Below the pieces are notes generated by a model. The model saw nothing but the letters and a program-made list of their open reading frames with translations. It was not told the origin of the DNA and made no database searches. Made by a program: the position numbers and the translations under genes. From an uncultured Planctomycetota bacterium (GTDB taxonomy: Bacteria > Planctomycetota > Planctomycetia > Isosphaerales > Isosphaeraceae): a DNA stretch of 64,000 nucleotides. The DNA lies in assembly GCA_963845755.1 (NCBI GenBank), contig CAWJTV010000040.1, positions 1 to 64,000 of the forward strand, given 5' to 3'. Numbering within the stretch: the stretch's first letter is position 1; each line of letters opens with the position of its first letter. Shown one piece after another: positions 55,888 to 64,000 of this stretch.

Positions 55888-56751
55888 ATGGCATTCAAGA
55901 CGAACTGCATCGCCGTTCTCGTCGCCTGTCTCGGCGTGTCTTCCGCGTTCGCTCAGGAGACAACGCCACGATTCAAGGTAATCGCTTTCTATACCGGGAA
56001 GGCCGATGCTGCGCACATTAGCTTCGTGAAGGAAGCGAAGTCGTGGTTTGCCCGGATGGCCGCCGAGCACCACTTCTCGTTCGAGTCCACGCAAAACTGG
56101 GACGACCTGAACCGGGGGTTTCTCGCGTCGTACCAGGTGGTCGTGTTTCTGGACACGCGACCGGACTCGCCACGCCAGCGCGAAGCGTTCCAGGAATACA
56201 TGAAGAACGGCGGCGCCTGGATGGGCTTTCACTTCTCCGCTTTCGCGCTCACTCCTTCGAAATACCCGCAGAACTGGGACTGGTATCACAACGAGTTCCT
56301 GGGCTCCGGCATGTACGTCGGGAACACATGGAGACCCACCTCGGCGATCCTGCGGGTGGAGGACACCCAGCATCCCGCGACCGTCGGATTGCCGGCCACT
56401 TTCCAGAGTGCCCCCAACGAATGGTACAAGTGGTCCAAGGATCTGAGAACTAGCCCGAATATCCGGATCCTGGCCTCGATCGATCCGGCCAGCTTCCCCC
56501 TGGGCACCGGGCCGAAGAAGCACGAGATCTGGCATGACGGATACTATCCCGTGGTCTGGACGAACCAGAAATACCGTATGATCTACTTCAACATGGGCCA
56601 TAACGACATGGACTATGAAACCAAACCCAGCAAGGAGTTGTCCTCCTCGTTCGCCAACGAAGTGCAAGACCGAATGATTCTCAATGCGCTGGAATGGCTG
56701 GGCACGGGGGAGAAGCCCCGAAGTCCCGGCGGCAAGCAGCCCGGCAAGTGA
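55888..56751 (+). CDS. Secreted ThuA-like (class I GATase-fold) protein
   Basis: Signal peptide; GGAWMGFH, NEWY, PVVWTN, YFNMGH. Confidence 0.85.
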   Translation: MAFKTNCIAVLVACLGVSSAFAQETTPRFKVIAFYTGKADAAHISFVKEAKSWFARMAAEHHFSFESTQNWDDLNRGFLASYQVVVFLDTRPDSPRQREAFQEYMKNGGAWMGFHFSAFALTPSKYPQNWDWYHNEFLGSGMYVGNTWRPTSAILRVEDTQHPATVGLPATFQSAPNEWYKWSKDLRTSPNIRILASIDPASFPLGTGPKKHEIWHDGYYPVVWTNQKYRMIYFNMGHNDMDYETKPSKELSSSFANEVQDRMILNALEWLGTGEKPRSPGGKQPGK

Positions 56752-57246
56752 AGCACACGTAAGGTGTGTAATATCCCGTCCTATCTCCGCAGTGCCCCGG
56801 AACGTCATCCCCACGATCATAACGAAGGTCAACCACGAGAAGACTGCCACGATTCGTGGGATCGAACGCAAGGTCATCGCGAGAGATTCTCGGGCCGTCC
56901 AGCTTTCGGCAGACGCATTCAAGACAACCGGGGGGGCACTCAGGTTTTCACTAGAGCATCGGCGCCGGGAGGTCGCGTCGCTCGCGGCTTATCACGTGTC
57001 CAAGGCGAGGGCCGGTGCGATCATTCGCCCGGGCAGCGTCGGCGCGAAGGTGACCTACGTCGATCCCGATGGGAAAGTCATGACAATGGACGACGTGGGG
57101 GTGGCTACCTGGCACGAGGCGCTCGCGGAGAAATACCGTCCTGCCGCCCACTACCCCTGACCCCCGGTCGAGCCGGACCCGCCGGAACCGTGAACGGCGA
57201 TCTTGGGTTGAGACCTTCCAGCCAAACGTCGTCGAGATCCCGACCA

Positions 57247-57525
57247 ATGGAACAGCAACGTCCCCGCTGGCGATTCCGCATCAGCACGCTGATGTTCCTC
57301 GTCATCAGCCTGGCCCTGGCTCTCGCCTTGGTCATCGAGCGTCGGCGGATGGAGCGGGAGTTGTATCGAGCCCGAGCGGAAGTCGCGGTGACCCGAGCAG
57401 AGACCGCGGCGTCCCGAGAGGAATCTGCGAGGTTGATTGCGAAATTACAGAAGGCCCTGGATGCGTCCCGGGAGGCTCTGGCGAAGGCCCAACGAACAAA
57501 GGCCCAGTCCGAAGCAGAAAAATGA
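57247..57525 (+). CDS. Planctomycete-type small membrane coiled-coil protein
   Basis: RWRFRISTLMFLV + TM segment + coiled coil. Confidence 0.6.
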   Translation: MEQQRPRWRFRISTLMFLVISLALALALVIERRRMERELYRARAEVAVTRAETAASREESARLIAKLQKALDASREALAKAQRTKAQSEAEK

Positions 57526-57579
57526 GCATCCCGAGGCGGCTATGGCGCCGCTGGCGTGGCGATCGACCCGAGGGCCGGC

Positions 57580-59270
57580 TCATCCATCGACCGAGGCCGG
57601 CGACACGCCAGGAGACGAGACGGCTCCCCCTTCCGAGGCCCGCAGGTCTCTGAGTAAGCGATCAAAGGCTTTCTGATAGGCGTCGTGATCCTTCCAACCA
57701 TTGAAATCGCCGATGTGCCGAGTCCGTTTGATGTGCGTGGCCCAGGCGACCGGGGTTTCCAGGATCGCATCGTCGAGCCGGATCGGGAAGAGGATCGTCC
57801 GGTTCTCCCGGTGTTCCCGCTCCAAGGCCGTTTCAACTTCGGTCTCGACCCAATTGCTCGCGATGGAGTGTTCCGAGAGAACGAGCATGAGCTTGTCGTG
57901 GACCCGGATTGCCTGATCGATCTGATGGCGGAACTTGTCACCGATCTTGAGATCCTCGTGGTCGAGCCAACAGCGTACACCCTTGGCCTGGAGATCCGCA
58001 TGGAGGCGTTCGGCGAAGTCCCGGTTCTTGGAGCTGTAACTGATGAAGCACGAATAGAACTGAATCGGACTCATCGAGCTAATCAGGCTGGGGGCGTAGG
58101 CAATGAGTACATTAGGTAGGCCACAGCCTCGCAGGAATGCATCGGGGATATTTCCTTTGGAGCGAACGAGAGTATCGGTACTTATCGAGCTAGCCTGGAT
58201 TCCCATGGAGGCAAAAACGGGGTAGGCTACGACGCAATCCATAAACGAAGCAAAATTCGTCGAAGTGGGTTTTCCCCTGGATTTCAAGTGGTTCTGGCTT
58301 GAAACGGCTCATCGAAACGCCTCTCTCGATGTTAGGTGATCCGTAAACTGAAAAAAGAGCATCCACGGTGTCAACTCAATGCATCCACTGTGGTGAATTC
58401 GATAGATTTGTCGCAAGAACCCCTTGTTTTCCAGGAGGAAGTGAGATTCGATCGACGAACATATCATCCATGGTGATCAAGTTAACTTAGTGGGAGACCC
58501 ACCTTTAACTCTTGGAGGAGCATAACCAGTTCCGAGGCGAAAAGCTGAGTATCGCGGGCTTTTTTCCAATCATGCGGCAACAAATGTTAGCCCAATCTGC
58601 CTCCATGGGAATCCAGGCTAGGAGCCATGTGGTCGATTGAATCGAGACCGTTGACTTCGGATAGATCCACATTTGCGATGATTGTATCATTGAAGATGGA
58701 CTTCGTGAGAAAAGCTCGATGCAGACTGGCTGAGAGGATACTTGCACCAGTGAGATCGGCCGCGCTCAAGTTCGCTCCATCAAGCTTGGCCCATCGAAGG
58801 TTCGCAAACTTGAGACTAGCCCCGCTGAGGTTGGCCTCGCGCAGATTCGCCCCACTGAGATCGGCTCCGCTGAGATCCGCCTTGGCGAGATCACTCATCG
58901 AAAGCTGCGCCCGGCTGAGATTGGTCTCACTGAGATCAGCCCCTCTTATATCTGCGTTGGAGAGTATAGTCTCGAAAAGGATGGCATCCAGAAATGTGCC
59001 GTCGCTGAGGTTGGCTCTGCTGAGAGTGGCTCCGCTGAGGTTAGCTCGAATCAGATCTACATTTCGGAGATCGGCTCCGCGGAGATCGACATTTCGGAGA
59101 TTGGATTCGCTGAGACTTGCGTCGTGGAAATCGACTTTCGTAAGCTTGGCATCACGAAGACACGCGCGGTCGAGGAGTGGTATCTCTTCACCAGATTCAC
59201 GACGTTGATTCCATTCGGCGATTCCTTCCGGTCCGCCTTTGAGCAATCTAAGCGCCTCATCGCGATCCAT
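57580..59270 (-). pseudogene. Pentapeptide-repeat + TIR-domain protein interrupted by a MITE
   Basis: A(N/D)LxG repeats; FYSCFISYS...DLQAKGVRCW...WVETEVETAL...LFPIRLD; removing 58193-58620 restores HMAPSSISTDTL in frame. Confidence 0.9.
58193..58618. mobile_element. 426-bp non-autonomous MITE with 21-bp perfect TIRs and a TA duplication
   Basis: TA|GCCTGGATTCCCATGGAGGCA ... TGCCTCCATGGGAATCCAGGC|TA. Confidence 0.9.
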
Positions 59271-59461
59271 GGCCCTGCTCCCCCCTTGATGCAAGTCTCG
59301 GATCAAGCGGACAATTAAGACTCTATCTGAGGGGGGAACCGGACGTCCATGACCGAGCGGGTCCTCAACGGCGATAAGACCCGGGGATTGCCGCGCGGGA
59401 CGAACTCGCGGATAATTTCCATTCTTCCAGCCCTTGATTTCCTGCCTGGAAACAGCCCGCA

Positions 59462-60001
59462 ATGCACCCCCGCCGCGCCTTCCGTGCCCTTCTGATGCTG
59501 ACCCTCGTCTCTCTGATGACCGCCGCGGCCGCCTCCCCGGCATGGGCCTGGGGGAGGTTGGGTCATCGCGTGATTGCCAGGCTGGCCGAACATCACCTGA
59601 CCGATCGGGCGAAGCAAGAGATCAAGGCCCTGCTGGAGCCGGGAGAGTTGCTGGCCGACTGCTCGACGTGGGCCGACGAGGTCCGGGGGAGGATGAGGAA
59701 GTCTGCCCCTTGGCACTACATCGACATCCCTTTAGATGAGCTTAAGTACGATGACAAGTGGGCCGCGGACGACTCCCGCCATGGTTCCATTGTCCCGAAG
59801 ATCCGGGAGTTCCTGAACGTCCTTGGGAACCCGGACGCCCCGGTCGCGGAACGCCGCCCTGCGCTCCGTTTCGTCGTGCATCTGGTCGAGGACCTCCACC
59901 AGCCTTGCCACGTCGGGGACAACCACGACCGCGGCGGGAACGATACCCAAGTCCGTTGGTTCTCCCGCGGGTCCAACATGCACCGGGTGTGGGACACCTG
60001 A
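59462..60001 (+). pseudogene. S1/P1 nuclease truncated by IS21 copy B
   Basis: AWGRLGH, WHY, HLVEDLHQPCH, MHRVWDT, then the IS end supplies TGA. Confidence 0.88.
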
Positions 60002-60230
60002 TACCGATCGGGAAATCAGAGCCATCTTCGATCGTCTGGAGGGAGCCACCCGAGCTGTCGTCGATCCTGGCCTCTCCTTCTGAAGCGCATGTCTCAGACC
60101 GTTTCATCTTTTGTCTTGTTCTCAACAAGGCGATAGACTCACAAATCAGCGTCTCCTTCGCCTTTTGATCACGCTCGAGGAGGATGGTAGGGCATCCTCC
60201 TCGAGCTTTCCCTTGGGAGCAGTACCTCCC

Positions 60231-60810
60231 GTGGGCGCCGGTCAGGGTACGCCAAAGCACGGCACTTCGGCCAGAGGGCGCCGACTGCGCCCGCGGATTT
60301 GTTTCCGCAAGGGGTGTGGACGCAAGTATCAGCCCCGCCGCTGGAACCAGCGCCACTGCCAGGACCCGCAATGTCAGCGGGAGGTCCACCGCTGGCAGGC
60401 AGTGCGCCGGCAAGCCCGACATCGCCAGCACGCCCAGGCCAGAGCCCAGCATGCCCAGGCGGAAAAAGTGCGCCGTCAGCGAGCGAAGTCTGCGTCCCAG
60501 ACCATTGAGAGCTCAGAAGTTACGCCGGCGCGTGGTCACGCAGCAGAAGATTTTTTTCTCCGCCGTTATGCGATCGGCCGGGCTGCCATGAGCACCCCGT
60601 GAGCTCGCCCCGCAACCCCGCCCGCTACTGCGGCCCTGCCTGCCGGCAGGCCGTTCGCAATGTCCAGGACCGGGAACGCAAGTGGCTTTCCCGCGGCACC
60701 TCGGATGGGCGGAAGAAGCGCGCGATCGAGTACCAGGCCGCACGAAGCGCCGCATCGTTCGATCAGGCCATCTCACCAACTCGGCACCATCGCGACCACC
60801 TCCCCAATGA
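60231..60810 (+). CDS. IS-borne double Zn-module protein (-1 frameshift)
   Basis: CFRKGC...HCQDPQC; CDRPGC...YCGPAC; conserved GTG start with GGGAG upstream. Confidence 0.7.
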
Positions 60811-60905
60811 CGGTCCTCCCCAGGCGGCGCCGGTCGTCACTTATCGCGTGGCCATCCGCCGCGCTGGTTTGCTGGAGCCGGTGGTTTTCCCTCAGGAGTT
60901 CCAGC

Positions 60906-61315
60906 ATGCCTGCGACACCCATCCTCGTCCCCGCGACTGCGGCGTCCCCCCCAGACCGGTTGGTCCTGGGTTGACCGTCGCTTCGTGCGCGAGCACGCCT
61001 GCGCACCTCTCCCGCGACGCCGTGCTGCTGTACTTCACCCTCTGTGCCGTGGCCGACAAGCACGGGTTGTCGTTCTATGGCGACGCCACCATGGCCGCCA
61101 TGGTGCGGATGAACTTGCCGGCCCTGATGGCCGCCCGTGAGGAATTGCTCGCCCGCGATCTCATCGCCCATGAGACGCGTTTCACTCAGGTGCTCTCCCT
61201 GCCGCCAGCCGGCCAACGCCGCGGTGAGTCCGGCGGAGGACTGATGTCTCTGGGCGAGATCTTGCGCCAGGCCGCCGCACTCCCTCAGCTCGACGACGAA
61301 AGGAGCCTGCCATGA
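60906..61315 (+). CDS. IS-borne wHTH-like accessory protein, frameshifted
   Basis: LLYFTLCAVADKHGLSFY...AREELLARDLIA...QVLSL. Confidence 0.72.
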
Positions 61316-62821
61316 ACGTCGGTTTGTGGGCGGAGATCCGCCGCCTGGCCGAGATCGACAAGCTCTCCACCCGGGCCATTGCGCGACGACTCCACTGCGC
61401 CCGGCGGACCGTGACCGCGGCCCTCCAGCGGGATCATCCCTCGGCGCCCCCCCGCGCACGCCGCGCCAGTCTTTTGGACCCGTACAAGGCCAAGATCAAC
61501 GCCTTGGTGGAAAAGTGTCCCGAACTCTCGGCGGTGCGAATCCGCGAGGAGATCGCCCGCGGGCCCGACGGTTATACCGGCAGTACGATCCTCGTGCGTC
61601 GCTATCTCCGGACCATCCGCCCGGCTCGCGGACGGATCTACCAGGAGGTCCATTACGAGCCGGCCCAGGCCATGCAGGTGGACTGGGGCGAGTGCGGTCA
61701 CGTCCAACTCGGGACCACGACCCGCAAGGTCTCGGTCTTCGTGGCCGTGCTCTGCTACAGCCGCCTGATGTTCATCGAGTTCACGCTGTCGCATGCAAGG
61801 CCGAGTTCTATCGCGGCGTGGTGCACGCCCTGGAGTTCTTCGGCGGCAGTCCCCGCGCCCTGATCGTCGACAACTTGAAAGCCGCCGTCCTCAACGGCTC
61901 GGGCCGCACCGCCTGTTTCCATCCCGAGTTCCTGGCGCTGTGCGGTCACTTCTGCCTGCAGCCGATCGCTTGCGAACGACGCGACCCGGAATCCAAAGGG
62001 ATCGTCGAGGGGGCCGTGCGCTACGTCAAGCACAACGCCTTGGCCGGCCGTGGGGCGGAGCTGACGGGCTTCGAGGACTACCTGGCTCTGGCACCACTGT
62101 GGCGTGACCAGGTGGCCAACGTGCGGCTCCATGAGACGACCAAAGAGCGGCCGGTCGATCGCTTCCTGCGTGAGCGCCCGCGGCTGCGCCCGTTGCCGGC
62201 GATCCCGTTGGACACCGACGAGGTCGTGGCCGCGGTCGTCAGTCCCCATGCGCGGGTCGAGTTCGACGGCAACCGCTATTCGACACCGCCGAAGTTCGCT
62301 CGCCGGGCGGTCACGATCCGCGCCGACCGCGACGCGGTCCGCGTCCTCCACGAGGGTCAGGTGCTGACCCAGCATGTCCGTTGCTACCAGCGGGGACAGT
62401 TGATGGTCCGGCCGGACCATCGCACTGCCCGCTGGCCCTGGGCCGTCGGGCTCGGAGCACCGCGCTGGAACAGACGTTTGACGCGTTGGGGCCCGAGGCA
62501 CGCCAGTTCCACCTCGGCCTGCGGCGTCAGCCGATCAAGACCGGCGTTCACCTGCGTCGCTTACTCGGCCTGGCCCAACTCTACGGGGCCACCGAACTGC
62601 TCTCAGCCATCGCGGAGGCCCTGGAACTGGCGATCTACGATGCTGCGGCGGTCGAGAACCTCCTGTTGGCCCAACGGCGACGGCGGCAACTCCCGACCCC
62701 CACGTTGCCCACGCCCCGGCGGCGCGAATTGATCGATGAGATCGAACTGGAACCGGCCGATCCCAGCTTCTACGATCGCTTCTGCACTCACACCGCGGAG
62801 GACGCTCATGGCACGACGTGA
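61312..62821 (+). CDS. istA: IS21 DDE transposase, frameshifted
   Basis: QVDWG, DNLK, KGIVE, RLHETT, NRYS. Confidence 0.92.
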
Positions 62822-63577
62822 GGACAATCTCCAGACCCGATTGGACCGCGATCTGGCCGAATTGAAGTTGCCCGAGATCGCCAAAGCCTACCGCGAAGTG
62901 CTGGATGACGCCGGCGCAAGGGGAGCTCGATGCTGGAAGTCCTGGCGACTCTGATCGGCCTGGAGCAAGCCGCCCGTCAGCAACGCGCCCTCCAGCGGCG
63001 GCTGTGCGAGGCCCGGCTGCCCAAGTTGAAAACCCTGGCCGAATATGATTTCACCTTTCCCAAGCGGATTCCCAAGGCAACGATCCTGCGGTTGTTCGAC
63101 TGCGACTTCATCCCCCGCCATGGCTTCGCCGTGCTGATCGGCCCGACCGGAACCGGAAAGTCGCATCTCCTCACGGCGTTGGGTTACACGGCGGCCGAGC
63201 GCGGCTACTCGGTCCGCCATACACGGGTCGTGGACATGATCAATCATCTCACCACGGCCCAGATCAACGGTCTGCTGGGCAAGGTGCTGAAGACCTACGT
63301 CCGTCCCAGTCTGCTCCTGCTCGATGAGCTGGGCTATCTGCCCATCGACAAGCGCGGGGCCGATCTGTTGTTCCAGGTGGTCGCGGCCCGTTATGAATCC
63401 GGATCGATCGTCCTATCGACGAATCGACCCTTCCGGGAATGGGGCGCCCTGTTCGACGTGGACAACACCCTGGCCACGGCCTTGATCGACCGGCTGATGC
63501 ATCACGGGGAGGCACTGGTGATTCAAGGAGATAGCTATCGGATGAGAGACAAAGATTCTGATTCGACCAGCGCGTGA
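62808..63577 (+). CDS. istB: IS21 helper ATPase, frameshifted near the 5' end
   Basis: GPTGTGKSHL, DELGY, DRLMHH, GDSYR. Confidence 0.93.
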
Positions 63578-64000
63578 ATCAGCGCGGCGCGTCCACGTCC
63601 GGAGCGGGTATTCCCCGCGAAGTGAGCATCCTTTGGCGTTAGTGACCGGGATGTCCAGCCCACCCTTGAGCCAGCCCGGCGATCCTGCCGGGCTGTTGGT
63701 TCAAGCGGCCGGTTCCTTGAACAGCGGGCTCGCGTCGGCCCCAGGCCCTGGTCCAGGATCCGCCAGCAGCTCCAAGTAGGGGCTTCGTCTTGGCGACCTG
63801 GTCATCCTGTGGTGGCCCGCGGCGGTCCACGGCGAGTGAATTGGCGGTGGTCCCGTCCCCAACGTCGGACTCACGGAGCAGGAACGCCTGGCCGGTCCGT
63901 CCGCGTCTCGCGACGTCACGACACAGATTGAGACCGACCTCACTCCTCGCATTTGACCGCGTGCCGAGCGGCGTGGCCGCATGCGCCGATCGTCTTGGAC
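63578..64000. ncRNA. Candidate structured RNA downstream of istB (homolog at ~49730-50164)
   Basis: Colinear similarity between the two IS copies with frame-breaking indels and compensatory stem changes. Confidence 0.45.

Larger units (their letters stand above)
59999..64000 (+). mobile_element. Extended IS21-family element, copy B (diverged from A; runs off the window)
   Basis: Begins TGATACCGATC exactly where the nuclease homology breaks; same four-gene order as copy A. Confidence 0.88.

Noticed and set aside
53820..59998. Composite transposon bounded by the two IS21 copies
   Set aside because: The copies and their IR tips differ substantially and no shared target duplication is visible; independent insertions are more likely.
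1..64000. Reverse transcriptase, cas or TnpB/IscB genes
   Set aside because: No RT, Cas or RuvC-type motifs were recognised in any ORF.

Overview
This is a GC-rich bacterial window, most consistent with a planctomycete (Isosphaeraceae-like). That is inferred from the ECF sigma factor/Ser-Thr kinase pair, a PEP-CTERM protein and 'RxxRxTxRxLM'-type small membrane proteins. Bases 1-7.6 kb are core genome (ECF sigma, STPK-TPR, rpsB-tsf-pyrH-frr). About 7.7-38.4 kb is a prophage-like or composite island. It is bounded by two promoter-bearing but incomplete tRNA genes pointing inward, and carries a tyrosine integrase, excisionase-like HTHs, a prohead protease, a TerS-like protein, an AAA ATPase, Hsp20 and a solitary CRISPR-type repeat. 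A WYL regulator follows, then an intact tRNA-Ile(GAT) with a second integrase and a satellite/PICI-like module (ParB-Toprim, primase-DUF3987). The most striking feature is a pair of diverged, unusually long IS21-family elements (49676-53819, about 4.1 kb, and 59999 to beyond the window end). Besides istA/istB, each carries a double Zn-module gene with a -1 frameshift at the same site, a wHTH-like gene and a conserved 0.4-0.5 kb 3' non-coding region with compensatory base changes, i.e. a candidate structured RNA. Many accessory genes are frameshifted, probably partly from indel errors in the assembly. All family assignments come from motif recognition by eye, not database searches.
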